DNA from: Escherichia coli
GTDB taxonomy: Bacteria > Pseudomonadota > Gammaproteobacteria > Enterobacterales > Enterobacteriaceae
Length of the DNA: 64,000 nucleotides
Direction: 5' to 3' (one strand)
Assembly: GCF_044324785.1 (NCBI RefSeq)
Contig: NZ_CP172127.1
How positions within the stretch are numbered: the stretch's first letter is position 1; the number at the start of each line of letters is the position of its first letter. The position numbers and the translations under genes were made by a program. The notes beneath the pieces are model-generated. The model worked only from the letters and a program-made list of their open reading frames with translations. It made no database searches and had not been told where the DNA came from. Of the stretch, positions 30,915 to 40,371 are shown piece by piece.

Positions 30915-31235
30915 TTAGTAGGGGATTTCATCAGTATCTGGCGTGTATTCGATGCAAAGTAACTGCTGGATTTTGTCATCGATAGCAGCAATACGCTGTT
31001 GGGCGTCGGCGACTGTTTTCTGTTTTTGTTCACGCAGCTGCTCGACCTGTAAACCGATGATGTCGATTGGCTGGGGCTGGTTGACGGTAATTTCAATTTC
31101 GCGGCTTTCCAGAAGGATGTACCTGTCTGGAAAATTTTTTGACATATCAACCGTCGCAATAAGCAGCTTTTCATGGCTGAAAGTTGAAGTTGCATAATGA
31201 ATAAAGAGTGTTACTGGGATGGTGCGCGCTTCCAT
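30915..31235 (-). CDS. hypothetical phage early protein
   Basis: 106-aa ORF with AAGGAG RBS. Confidence 0.5.
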   Translation of the reverse strand: MEARTIPVTLFIHYATSTFSHEKLLIATVDMSKNFPDRYILLESREIEITVNQPQPIDIIGLQVEQLREQKQKTVADAQQRIAAIDDKIQQLLCIEYTPDTDEIPY

Positions 31236-32078
31236 AGCGACTCCTTGGTGATGTATACTCGGGACCGATCAGCGAATATTGATCAGCTTCCATAGCGTCA
31301 GTGTCGTTGGTCTTTCCTCATCACAAGTTTGGTCACTTGTGATAAATCCGAATGGTTTGGTCGCCGTTCGGGGTAACTGGCCCGCCTTGTGCGGGTCTTT
31401 TGCTATCTAAAGGGTGCCGGTTACGTTTCCGGCGTCGTTATGTTTCCATCACGACCGTACGGGGCTGGTCTTTCCTGTTTTGAGCTGGTCAGGCTCATGG
31501 TCAACGCTGGTCAGGCGTGGTACTTCCTCCGGTCTTTCCCTGGTGTCACGCTGCGGGTTTGGCCTCTCCTGTTGGGGACTCAGGCACAGCGATAAAACCT
31601 GGCTGTGTGAAAAAATGGCCCATCGTGCGGACTGGGCAAAGACTAAACACAGCAAATTGATGATGGGCGCCCGGAATCGAACCGGGTAACGGGCAGGGAG
31701 TTCCCGTTAAACACCTGTTCACCACAACCGGGAGCGCACTCCGCCATTTCAAAATTTAACGACAAAGCTCAAAGTTGAGTCGATGAAGTGCGCTCTCGTG
31801 TTGTAGCCAGGACTCTTCCCTGGTGGTCACACCGTATCGCCTTGATGGTGAATCAATCGCTCATACCTGGCTGTGGCTTGCACATTCCGGCTACCTGCTA
31901 TGGAGACAACGCGTTAAGGCTCCGCTTCCATCCAGACCGCTTCGACACATGTGCCATATGCCGGTGAAGTCTTTCCCTCTGTCATCGTGCTGTCGGCGAC
32001 CCGAAGAATGCTCCGGGATGTTTATCCACGCCCGGTCGTGCTACCTTTTATGTCCTCACAACAAAAAAGGATATTTTC

Positions 32079-32297
32079 ATGTCAGAGATAGCCGAACTTA
32101 AAGAAGAATTAGCTAAAGTTAGAGCTGAATTACATACCCACAAGGCATTGCTCTTAACCATTCTTCGTGATCTTCCTCCTCAAAAAGATAAATTTCTCTT
32201 GAGAATTGGAGCGTCCGTTAACGATCTGAACCGCCCAGATATTCAGGAGTTAGGCACACTCATTCAATTTTTGCGGTTGCTAAATAACCGCAAATAG
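32079..32297 (+). CDS. hypothetical small protein (AT-rich gene convergent with the gene downstream of the repressor)
   Basis: 72-aa ORF with AAGGAT RBS; helical heptad-like N-terminus. Confidence 0.35.
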   Translation: MSEIAELKEELAKVRAELHTHKALLLTILRDLPPQKDKFLLRIGASVNDLNRPDIQELGTLIQFLRLLNNRK

Positions 32298-32634
32298 CAT
32301 CAACATTAAGCCGGGTGCCGTCATGTTTATTGGCGGCATCAGTAGCTATTTGTAATATTTTTCTGACGTCATCAATACTTGTTCCCCGGGTTGTTTCGCA
32401 CAGACTTTTGTCAATTGCGCAGAAAACTTCAAAAACTCCCGTAGCCAATTTTTCCCGTTCATCTGCTTTCAGAGTGATGACCGGAGAATATAGCGTAGTA
32501 AAGGCTTCTCTGATTTCCTGCGCCATAGCTACTGGTGATTTTGTTTCGCAAAGCTGGGTGCTGAACTGCATCCGGTCACTCAGTAGATGAGCGGCGATCA
32601 CCTGAATTTGTTGCGGTAAAGATTTAAATTCCAT
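32260..32634 (-). CDS. hypothetical protein encoded directly downstream of the repressor (rex-like position)
   Basis: 124 aa from MEFKSLPQQ with AGGAG RBS. Confidence 0.45.
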   Translation of the reverse strand: MEFKSLPQQIQVIAAHLLSDRMQFSTQLCETKSPVAMAQEIREAFTTLYSPVITLKADEREKLATGVFEVFCAIDKSLCETTRGTSIDDVRKILQIATDAANKHDGTRLNVDAICGYLATAKIE

Positions 32635-32737
32635 CGTTTGGTACTCCTGACACACTGGTCTGGGTTGCCCTTATCGCCGGGTAGCGGAACGTGTTTCTGA
32701 ACAACTGCCGCTGGGTAAGCGTTGTTGATGAAAGCGA

Positions 32738-32762
32738 CTTTACAATTTGTATTTGTAATGGT
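32738..32762. promoter_or_regulatory. operator-like site sharing the ATTTGTAAT half-site of the cI/cro operators
   Basis: TTACAATTTGTATTTGTAATG repeats the 9-mer found twice in the 33333..33371 operator region. Confidence 0.4.
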
Positions 32763-32884
32763 CAATGTATTTTTAAAAAATAATTTGTAGTTAGGGGCAA
32801 AAAAATATTCACTGTGTAAAGGTGTTTTTGTGTTAGGGGGAAAGTTGCATGCCAGCAGCGGCTGGCCTGGAAATTTGAACTGAA

Positions 32885-33313
32885 CTATTTTGTCTGGTTT
32901 TTGGCTTCAAGTAGTTCTTTTAGCAGTAGATCGAAGTGCTCTCTTTTTTCTTTTAGCTCATTGATTAGTTTATTTTTTTCGCTCTCAGGCAGTCCTCTGA
33001 ATAGTTGCAGTAGAGCCTGTTCTTGTGGGGTTAGTTCTTGATTGTAATTACCGGGGTGTAGCGTGGATTCATCCAAATATTCTCCTTCATTCATGAAGAA
33101 AAAATGAACAGGGTATCCGGTCACTTTTGCTAGCTTGTCTAATTTATCTTTTCTTGGCGTTACCCCATTACACCATGCCTGAACTGATTGAGCTGTAACC
33201 CCAATATGGCGAGCTAACTCAGATTGAGACCAGCCTAAGTCTTTTAGAATCCGTTGTAGTCGGCTAGCAAAAGCCATGTTTTTCGTTTTTGTGTTCATAC
33301 CGTAAGGATACAA
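32885..33313 (-). CDS. prophage repressor (XRE-family HTH, cI-like, no S24 peptidase domain); start uncertain (TTG 33313, ATG 33298 or 33277)
   Basis: HTH motif GWSQSELARHIGVTAQSVQAWCNG; divergent from Cro-like gene. Confidence 0.75.
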   Translation of the reverse strand: MYPYGMNTKTKNMAFASRLQRILKDLGWSQSELARHIGVTAQSVQAWCNGVTPRKDKLDKLAKVTGYPVHFFFMNEGEYLDESTLHPGNYNQELTPQEQALLQLFRGLPESEKNKLINELKEKREHFDLLLKELLEAKNQTK

Positions 33314-33396
33314 GGTTTAATTGTAGGGAGCATTGCAAATATAATTTGTAATTACAGTTATGATTTGTAATGATGGCGCGGACACAAGGAGTCCAT
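33314..33396. promoter_or_regulatory. divergent promoter/operator region with two inverted-repeat operators
   Basis: ATTGCAAAT-ATA-ATTTGTAAT and ATTACAGTT-ATG-ATTTGTAAT inverted repeats between divergent regulator genes. Confidence 0.6.
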
Positions 33397-33627
33397 ATGG
33401 ATAAACAACTGCAAGACAAAATTCTTTCCGTAATGAGTCAATCAGAGTTAGGTCGGCGATTAGGGAAAAAACCACAAACTGTGAGCCTCTGGTTCAAAGG
33501 ACGGGTTCCCGGTGAAGAGGTTTTGCGCACATCTGAAGCTCTTGAATGGCGCGTGACCCCTCATGATCTTAGACCGGATCTTTACCCAAACCCAGATGAC
33601 AGCTTGCCTAAAACGGAAGCAGCTTAA
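33397..33627 (+). CDS. Cro/YdaS-like HTH regulator
   Basis: 76 aa from MDKQLQDKIL with AAGGAG RBS; HTH-like SQSELGRRLGKKPQTVSLW. Confidence 0.7.
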   Translation: MDKQLQDKILSVMSQSELGRRLGKKPQTVSLWFKGRVPGEEVLRTSEALEWRVTPHDLRPDLYPNPDDSLPKTEAA

Positions 33628-33685
33628 CTGTTGGTGAGCCCCAAATCTGATTAAGCGTAATCAATTTTTAGCGACAGGAGACGCT

Positions 33686-34162
33686 ATGGAAAACCCAGAG
33701 GAATTACAAAAAGAGATTTTGACCTGGGCGGCAAGGGCAGGGCAGGAACTCGTCACGATTGAAATCTGCCGGGCCTGGTTCAGTCAGGGACGCAATGATG
33801 AGTTGAGACTACATGAATTTGAGGACGCGGACGGCAACGTGGACTGGAGAGCCATCAACAACAATCGGCAGAAAATCTTTCGCTGGTTACGTGGCGAGAC
33901 AACGGCGGCGCGCCGAAAAACTCAGGTGCTGGCCAGTGTGATGAAAGCCGTGCTACCCGCAGAACGGCGTGCGCGTCTGGAGTCGCCGGGCGATCCTGTT
34001 TTGCTGGCAACGCTGGCGGCAAAAGAAGGGGTGGAAGCGATTAACGCTGTACATCTCCACTTCGCGCCAGAGATAACTATTCAGGAAATTGACGAAGCAA
34101 TAGCGGCGCTGGTAGCGACGCGAGGGGCAGTGATAAGCACTGCGCAAGGCCATCATGCATGA
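33686..34162 (+). CDS. YdaT-like protein (CII functional analogue family)
   Basis: 158 aa; NNRQKIFRWLRGETTAARRKTQVL...LPAERRARL resembles Rac YdaT. Confidence 0.65.
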   Translation: MENPEELQKEILTWAARAGQELVTIEICRAWFSQGRNDELRLHEFEDADGNVDWRAINNNRQKIFRWLRGETTAARRKTQVLASVMKAVLPAERRARLESPGDPVLLATLAAKEGVEAINAVHLHFAPEITIQEIDEAIAALVATRGAVISTAQGHHA

Positions 34163-34201
34163 GCGCCTGACCAGCGTTTAACTTATACCGAGGAAAGACC
34201 G

Positions 34202-34426
34202 ATGTTAAGACATATTGACCGCATTACCTGGCGTAACGGCTGGCACCTGAATGGACGCCCGGCACATGTTGCAGAGATCCGCCCCATATTCGATGGCCGC
34301 GTCGCAGCTGCACGTTCTGTATGGGAAAAGTACGAAGAAGAAAAAGCGAAACTGCGTGAGCAAAATCTCTCTGGCGCTGCCTATGAGGCTGGCTGTCGCG
34401 TTCTCTCAGAGGCTTTGGGCATATGA
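34202..34426 (+). CDS. hypothetical protein
   Basis: 74-aa ORF, stop overlaps next start. Confidence 0.4.
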   Translation: MLRHIDRITWRNGWHLNGRPAHVAEIRPIFDGRVAAARSVWEKYEEEKAKLREQNLSGAAYEAGCRVLSEALGI

Positions 34427-35190
34427 ACATCCTCCCGTTACTTGATAGACCCATAGCCTTCCAGAGAAGTTTTATCCGTCTTGAAATTGGCGTGACTGCC
34501 GCATTGTTTCTGTCGCAGTTGACGTACTGGACAAACAGAACAACTGACGACGGCTGGGTGTATAAAACCCAGGATGAGTGGGAAGAGGAAACAGGGCTTT
34601 CACGATACGAGCAGGAGGGCGCCCGCAAAAAACTACGTGGTCTCGGCGTCTTGCTGGAACGTAAACAGGGCTTGCCTGCCAGGCTGTACTACAAAATCGA
34701 TAATGATGTGTTGTGCCAGCTACTTACGTCCGCATACAAGGATGCGGAAAAACCACATACAGGTGAGGGGAAAACCACCAGGCCTGTACGTGGAAAACCA
34801 ACAAACATTCTTACAGAGAATACAACAGAGATTACTACAGAGATTATTACTGATGGTGAATCGGCTGACGCCGACACCCAACAACCTGCCGACCAGAGAA
34901 TAAATTATCAGGTGATACTCGATACCTATCACGAGATTTTGCCAGAGATGCCACCAGTGAAAATCCTCACTGACGGCAGAAAAAAACACCTTCGCACTTT
35001 CTGGAAAAAATTCAATTTCAATGAGTCCCGTTGGCGGGCCTATCTGGAATTTATCGGTGGCAATTGTCGCTGGATGCTGGAGGACAGGCCAAATGGCAGG
35101 GGAGGATTCTGGCGGCGTAAAAATCTTGATTATCTGATTACCGAACGCTGCTACGTTTCGGTTAAGGAAGAACGCGCAAATGATAAATAA
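34423..35190 (+). CDS. phage replication initiation protein (O-like, N-terminal winged-helix)
   Basis: 255 aa, immediately precedes and overlaps DnaB-like helicase gene. Confidence 0.6.
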   Translation: MNILPLLDRPIAFQRSFIRLEIGVTAALFLSQLTYWTNRTTDDGWVYKTQDEWEEETGLSRYEQEGARKKLRGLGVLLERKQGLPARLYYKIDNDVLCQLLTSAYKDAEKPHTGEGKTTRPVRGKPTNILTENTTEITTEIITDGESADADTQQPADQRINYQVILDTYHEILPEMPPVKILTDGRKKHLRTFWKKFNFNESRWRAYLEFIGGNCRWMLEDRPNGRGGFWRRKNLDYLITERCYVSVKEERANDK

Positions 35191-36595
35191 CGCGATTGCA
35201 CTGTACAGCGTTGACGCAGAACAGGCTGTTCTGGGCTGTCTGATGCTGAATACCGACCACGACAGAACCAATGCGGTATTTGCGTTACTGAAACCGGAAA
35301 CGTTTTATATCAATGCGCATCAGGTTATCTACCGGGAGATCAAAGGATTATTTCAAGCTGATAAACCAACTGACCTGATAACACTGACCGAACTGATGGA
35401 ATCGAAGGGGCTGTATGAGCGCGTGGGGGGATTCGCATACCTGGCTGAAATGAGTAAGGCGGCGATACCGGCCTCAATGGTCAACTACGCGAAAATTGTA
35501 CGTGAAAAAGCCATTCTTCGTTACGCCGTGGAAAAGTTGAATTCTTGTCTGGAGATTATGACCCAGCCTGCAGATATGACTGCTACTGACAGGATCAGCA
35601 CCGTTCAGCAAGTGATTGGACAGGTAGCTGAACATGCCCGTACCGGGCATAAGGGCGGTTTGCGTCCGGCAAGTGAAGTCGTCGATGACTGGATAGATGA
35701 CCTTGATCGCCGTTTCAATGATCCAGCACATGCAGCCGGACTAACGCTCGGAATCGAAAGCCTTGATCGCTTAATGGCACCAAAGCAGGCGTTAAGAGGC
35801 TCATTGGTCGTTATTGGTGCCCGGCCAAAAATGGGCAAGACAGCCGCGTTTAATAAAATTGCGGTGCATTTTGCTCTGAATCATCGTTTGCCGACGCTGG
35901 TATTTAGCCTGGAAATGACTGACAGAAGTCTCATTGAACGCATGGTTGCGCAGGAAGCAAAGGTCAATTCGGAGATTTTTTATCTTGGCCCTAACGATGA
36001 ATCTGAATTGAGTCTCGCAATAGCAAAGGCGGGGGAGATTGCCGAATCCAACATGATGATTGACAGCACGGCAGGCGTAACCCTTGCGCATATTGTCGCT
36101 GAATGCCGAAAGGTTAAGCGGATGCATGGCTCGGTTGGCCTGGTGGCAATTGACTATTTGACGCTGATGAAAACCGAAGCGGCAGAACGTCGGGATATTG
36201 CGTATGGCGATATCACAACCGGTTTGAAGAACCTGGCAAAAGAGCTGGATTGTGTTGTGGTCCTGCTGACGCAACTCAACCGAAAACTTGAAGAACGAGC
36301 AGATAAGCGGCCTAACCCGAGCGACAGTAAAGATACCGGGCAGATCGAACAAGATTGCGATGTCTGGATTGGCCTCTATCGTGATGCTGTTTATAACGAA
36401 AATGCCGACCCAAATCTCATGGAAATGTTGCTACGTCTGAACCGCGAAGGACCATCGGGAACAGCCTACGCCCTGATGAAAAATGGCTCAGTTATTGATA
36501 TCAGCGATGAGGAGGTTTATCGCCGTACCAACTACCGCTCAGAAAAAAATAAACGTTATTCCCGTAGCGATAATTCTCGCACAAATGAATTTTAA
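35180..36595 (+). CDS. replicative DNA helicase, DnaB-like
   Basis: 471 aa; N-terminal DnaB domain (AEQAVLGCLML...), Walker A GARPKMGKT, Walker B VAIDYL. Confidence 0.9.
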   Translation: MINNAIALYSVDAEQAVLGCLMLNTDHDRTNAVFALLKPETFYINAHQVIYREIKGLFQADKPTDLITLTELMESKGLYERVGGFAYLAEMSKAAIPASMVNYAKIVREKAILRYAVEKLNSCLEIMTQPADMTATDRISTVQQVIGQVAEHARTGHKGGLRPASEVVDDWIDDLDRRFNDPAHAAGLTLGIESLDRLMAPKQALRGSLVVIGARPKMGKTAAFNKIAVHFALNHRLPTLVFSLEMTDRSLIERMVAQEAKVNSEIFYLGPNDESELSLAIAKAGEIAESNMMIDSTAGVTLAHIVAECRKVKRMHGSVGLVAIDYLTLMKTEAAERRDIAYGDITTGLKNLAKELDCVVVLLTQLNRKLEERADKRPNPSDSKDTGQIEQDCDVWIGLYRDAVYNENADPNLMEMLLRLNREGPSGTAYALMKNGSVIDISDEEVYRRTNYRSEKNKRYSRSDNSRTNEF

Positions 36596-36633
36596 CCACG
36601 CCTGACCAGCGTGAAATAACCGAGGAAAGACCA

Positions 36634-37044
36634 ATGACCACCACTCCAGGCAAATTAGAGTACCCGTCGGACAAAGGACACATAGACGACGGTAAAAACT
36701 ATCTCGACGTCATTTTGTGGAATATGAACGTCGGGCCACGTGCGCGCACTCGCGCGGTTTTTGTGCCAAGACCTAAAGCAGGCAATTTTTCAACCCCTGC
36801 TAAGCCTGCCCGTCAGGCATCCGTAGCCGCAGCGCCAGCAGTGAAACGTAAGGGCAAAACGCACACCGGGATCGCGATTCGCAGAAATGGTGAGCGGCAA
36901 GTAAAACTCCACGAAACAGCGACAACCTGGTGTGCTTCACCGCATGAAACTTACGACAAGATAACCGGGCAGCGCATTGGTGCGCCTGGTCGCTGTCGCC
37001 TGCTGTTGAGTTCCATCACTCCGATAGCAAAGAAAGGGGCGTGA
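36634..37044 (+). CDS. hypothetical phage protein
   Basis: 136-aa ORF in nin-like region. Confidence 0.4.
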   Translation: MTTTPGKLEYPSDKGHIDDGKNYLDVILWNMNVGPRARTRAVFVPRPKAGNFSTPAKPARQASVAAAPAVKRKGKTHTGIAIRRNGERQVKLHETATTWCASPHETYDKITGQRIGAPGRCRLLLSSITPIAKKGA

Positions 37045-37045
37045 T

Positions 37046-37282
37046 ATGGCCGGGCAATCAGATTACCTGCCGCCCGGCTTACCACACAACCGCGCCAAAT
37101 GGCCCCAGGAATACCAGCTTAAAGAGCACTACGACATGCGAGCGGCGACGCTGATCCGCCAACTCTTTGAGAAACGTATTCCGAGGGGAAGCGTGATTGA
37201 GCAAATCGGAATGACGCCGGATACGTACCGGGAATTTTTCAGAGAGCGTCTGAACTACTGGAGAGGGGTGATGGAGCAATGA
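37046..37282 (+). CDS. hypothetical phage protein
   Basis: 78-aa ORF, tightly packed with neighbours. Confidence 0.4.
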   Translation: MAGQSDYLPPGLPHNRAKWPQEYQLKEHYDMRAATLIRQLFEKRIPRGSVIEQIGMTPDTYREFFRERLNYWRGVMEQ

Positions 37283-37590
37283 AATACAAACGGTGGGTGC
37301 GTGCGGAAGTCGTAATCATCAAACAATGTGCGGGCAGCATGACAGTTGAACGTATAGGGCAGCTTATTGGAAGAACCGGTGCAGCGGTACGCACAAAAGC
37401 GCGCGAGCTGAAAATCTGTATGTATCTGCGGGGTAATTATCACCAGTCAGCAAAATACTGCCAGGAGGATATCGAGCTGGCAAGGGAATTACATCAGTCG
37501 GGTATTAATCGCCAGGATATCGCAGAAAAACTCGAAATGCCGATCGGAGCGGTGAATCAGTTTGTTTATTTTGAGCGGAGGATTTCATGA
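37279..37590 (+). CDS. hypothetical phage protein
   Basis: 103-aa ORF, overlapping stops/starts. Confidence 0.4.
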   Translation: MKYKRWVRAEVVIIKQCAGSMTVERIGQLIGRTGAAVRTKARELKICMYLRGNYHQSAKYCQEDIELARELHQSGINRQDIAEKLEMPIGAVNQFVYFERRIS

Positions 37591-37811
37591 AAGAACTTTT
37601 TCTGGCATTTGTGCCCCGGTTTATTAATGACCAGATCGCACTGACTGATAATGGTGAACAATATGAAATTGCCTGCAGCATGGTGGATGTGAATCCGGGC
37701 GAACGGTATGACGCGATGTGTGACCTGAAAATATTCACCTGGCTGGGTTGGGCCATTCCGTGTGGAGAACCAACAAATATTCGCCCGTTTGAGGGCAGGG
37801 AGGCTGTATGA
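37587..37811 (+). CDS. hypothetical phage protein
   Basis: 74-aa ORF. Confidence 0.4.
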   Translation: MKELFLAFVPRFINDQIALTDNGEQYEIACSMVDVNPGERYDAMCDLKIFTWLGWAIPCGEPTNIRPFEGREAV

Positions 37812-37998
37812 GTGAATTGAAAATACGTCGCAAGGCAATAGCACGCGTTAAAAATCCATTACCAGTGCCCGCCGAATGCCATTTTTGTGGTGGGAATGTA
37901 CGGATTGGTACGTATGTATGGTGATTGCGGAGTGACGTAAAACGAATCGTTGTGGGTGTAATATCGTCAATATCATTGGTTTCCCGGAGGGAAAGGAC

Positions 37999-38220
37999 AT
38001 GTTTGGCGATAAACTGGAGTTACCACGGAACGGGCGGATAGTGCTCTATATTTCAGATTACAAAGTAACCAGGGCTGAGGTGTTGGAACCGGAAAAACAT
38101 CTGGTCACGTTACCGGACATTATTGAGTTGTATAAGCGGGTCGGATATGTGGACTTGCATCGCGATGATGTTCCCGTTGAGTGTATGGAATGTGAACACC
38201 GGAGGTTTGAAGTTGATTGA
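37999..38220 (+). CDS. hypothetical phage protein
   Basis: 73-aa ORF with GGAGGG RBS. Confidence 0.4.
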   Translation: MFGDKLELPRNGRIVLYISDYKVTRAEVLEPEKHLVTLPDIIELYKRVGYVDLHRDDVPVECMECEHRRFEVD

Positions 38221-38444
38221 ATTGACTTAGAAAAAGCCCGGGGCTATAGTTTCCGCGCAGCCGCAAAATCGGTTGCCGGGATTGGCGTCCCGGATATCTA
38301 AGTGACGCATAGCCGCGTTAGCGGTTTTTTTATGTGTTAGGCACGGCCACATTCGCATTATGGTGGGCTGTGTGGGGGCTTCTGCGGAAGCGCCGGGTTC
38401 ACTTAGCCGGTTACGCCAACCCTGCACAGTTCACCACCAGATGA

Positions 38445-39137
38445 TTGGCGTCGCTGGTGGTGATGAAAAAAACACTAAGTGAGGCCACTGCGATGACAAT
38501 CCAAATATCTGCGGAATCCCTTTCTCCGCTACATCATAACCAACTTCCCGTCATCACTACTGAATTGCTTGCCAGTTTGTATGGCACGGAAGTAAATGGT
38601 ATCCAGCAAAACTTCAAGCGCAACATCGCCAGATTTGTCGTAGGAAAGCATTTTTTTAAGCTGGAAGGTAATGAATTACGCGACTTCAAAAACAGACTGA
38701 CAGATAGTCAGTCAGTTGCTAAACATACCCGATCCCTCATTCTCTGGACAGAACGCGGCGCAGCTCGCCATGCCAAAATGCTGGAAACAGAACAGGCCTG
38801 GGAAGTTTTCGAAAAGCTGGAAGATTGTTATTTTAGCCAGCGTCCAGAGAGGCGGAGTACAACTACCGATGACCGTACTCCCTTACGTGATGCCGTTAAT
38901 ATGCTGGTCGGTAAGAAAGGCATGATGTATCCCGATGCCTACACCATGATTCATCAACGCTTCGCCGTCTCTCACATAGAACAACTGTCACAGACGCAAA
39001 TGTTAGAGGCGATTGAATACATCCACTGCCTGCTACTCGATGAAAATCAACCAACCATTCCAGATCACCACTATCAAAAATGGAAAAGTGACCAGAATGC
39101 GCCATGTTGCCAAAGGCGAACATCTGATGACCTTTGA
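38445..39137 (+). CDS. ORF6N-domain antirepressor / Rha-like regulatory protein; start uncertain, 3' region possibly frameshifted into ORF 39013..39270
   Basis: N-terminal pattern LPVITTELLASLYGTEVNGIQQNFKRNIARFVVGKHFFKL resembles ORF6N antirepressor domain. Confidence 0.55.
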   Translation: MASLVVMKKTLSEATAMTIQISAESLSPLHHNQLPVITTELLASLYGTEVNGIQQNFKRNIARFVVGKHFFKLEGNELRDFKNRLTDSQSVAKHTRSLILWTERGAARHAKMLETEQAWEVFEKLEDCYFSQRPERRSTTTDDRTPLRDAVNMLVGKKGMMYPDAYTMIHQRFAVSHIEQLSQTQMLEAIEYIHCLLLDENQPTIPDHHYQKWKSDQNAPCCQRRTSDDL

Positions 39138-39270
39138 CGCTTTCAAAGAGATCGCTGAGCGGGCAGGGTATCTGGTGATCCACAGCGACAATCTGCGAAG
39201 TATGACACTGGATAAATTGATGGTAATGGGGAAAAAGTCTGCTGTATCCGTTGCTGATTCAGCATTTTGA
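39013..39270 (+). CDS. hypothetical protein or shifted C-terminal part of the antirepressor
   Basis: 85-aa ORF overlapping previous gene in another frame. Confidence 0.3.
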   Translation: MNTSTACYSMKINQPFQITTIKNGKVTRMRHVAKGEHLMTFDAFKEIAERAGYLVIHSDNLRSMTLDKLMVMGKKSAVSVADSAF

Positions 39271-39299
39271 CAGGTTGAATGTTTGGCGCGGTTATACTC

Positions 39300-39377
39300 T
39301 ATTTGCGCTTAAAAAGGTATTTAGTCACAACCAGCACGAGGCCGAATACTCTGTCAAAGTACCGCCCATGTAAAACT
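39300..39377. repeat. decayed copy of the 3' end of the two-TM gene (direct repeat partner of 42901..42978)
   Basis: about 92% identical over ~78 bp to 42901..42978, with a 1-bp deletion that frameshifts the encoded C-terminus. Confidence 0.75.
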
Positions 39378-39447
39378 GTAACGTATGTACTTGATGACTA
39401 AGCTGGCACCAGGTTAACACCAGGCGCCAGCTTGAAGGAAACTTCAG

Positions 39448-40371
39448 TTATTGGTTTCTGAGGAAAGCGATTCTTGAAAGGGTCATTTGCGTCTGGCAGT
39501 CGACCATTTTCTTGACTTCAGCATCTGTTCCCTGCATTGAAACTTTACCGCACATAGCATCCTTAGTTTTGATCCACTGACGCTGAGAAGGCAGCAAATC
39601 TTTTTTCTTCGCCGGGGTTAACTTGCTCCAGACGGTACTCAAATCAGAGTCGGCATTCGCAAATGCCATTCGGGACTGATCAAGGCTGTCAGCTTTTTGT
39701 GGCTGAAGTTGTGCCTGTCTCTCTATTTGCTTCTCCGCCTCATACTTAGCCTGTTCCTGCGCCCTGAGTTGCACCTGTTGTTCCGCTTCAATTTGGCTCT
39801 GTTGGGCATCCTTAGCCTGCTGGATTTTCTGCTGCTCAACGATCGGGTTGATAATAGAAAGTGATGTCAGTAAAGCGGCGCCCACTGATATCGGATTATC
39901 AGAAGAGGTTTTTACAAAAACGTTTTTCTGATCGTCGGTCGCCTGCACGGTGTAGGTGATACGTTTGGAAAAGGCGTTTGCGTTGTTCTCCAAAAACAGG
40001 CTTTCCATTTGCTTGTCGAGATTACGATTAAAATTCTTTCTGTAATCATCAGAAAGCTGGACGTATTCGTTCGCAGGTAGAGTCATCGTCACGGTCCCTT
40101 CACAAGTTTTCATTGTGCTGCCCGTGTCACTTGATGTTGTGGAGATTTCAGAGATGGCTAGTTTGATCTTGTCCAATGTGCTTCGTTTGGTCTGATTAGT
40201 GACATCAGGGTATTTATCGACCTGTTCAGAGAGTCCTTCATAAGCAGATTTTTTTAATAAATCCATAAGCGCTGACTGGGTTATTTCCGAAGAACAACCG
40301 ATCACATCTTTTTTGTTATCACAGCCTGTAAGGGCAATGGCGAGTAAGAGTACTGAGTATTTTAATCTCAT
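39448..40371 (-). CDS. lipoprotein with C-terminal DUF1311/LprI-like domain
   Basis: signal peptide plus lipobox LTGC; Gln-rich coiled region; C-terminal SQRQWIKTKDAMC...C pattern. Confidence 0.65.
   Translation of the reverse strand: MRLKYSVLLLAIALTGCDNKKDVIGCSSEITQSALMDLLKKSAYEGLSEQVDKYPDVTNQTKRSTLDKIKLAISEISTTSSDTGSTMKTCEGTVTMTLPANEYVQLSDDYRKNFNRNLDKQMESLFLENNANAFSKRITYTVQATDDQKNVFVKTSSDNPISVGAALLTSLSIINPIVEQQKIQQAKDAQQSQIEAEQQVQLRAQEQAKYEAEKQIERQAQLQPQKADSLDQSRMAFANADSDLSTVWSKLTPAKKKDLLPSQRQWIKTKDAMCGKVSMQGTDAEVKKMVDCQTQMTLSRIAFLRNQ

Noticed and set aside
31660-31745. Possible tRNA gene on the minus strand (GGTTCGATTCC T-arm-like element)
   Set aside because: Could not build a canonical cloverleaf by hand: acceptor stem has mismatches and the anticodon-arm candidate has a 6-bp stem with a 9-nt loop. 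Kept only as a structured-RNA observation.
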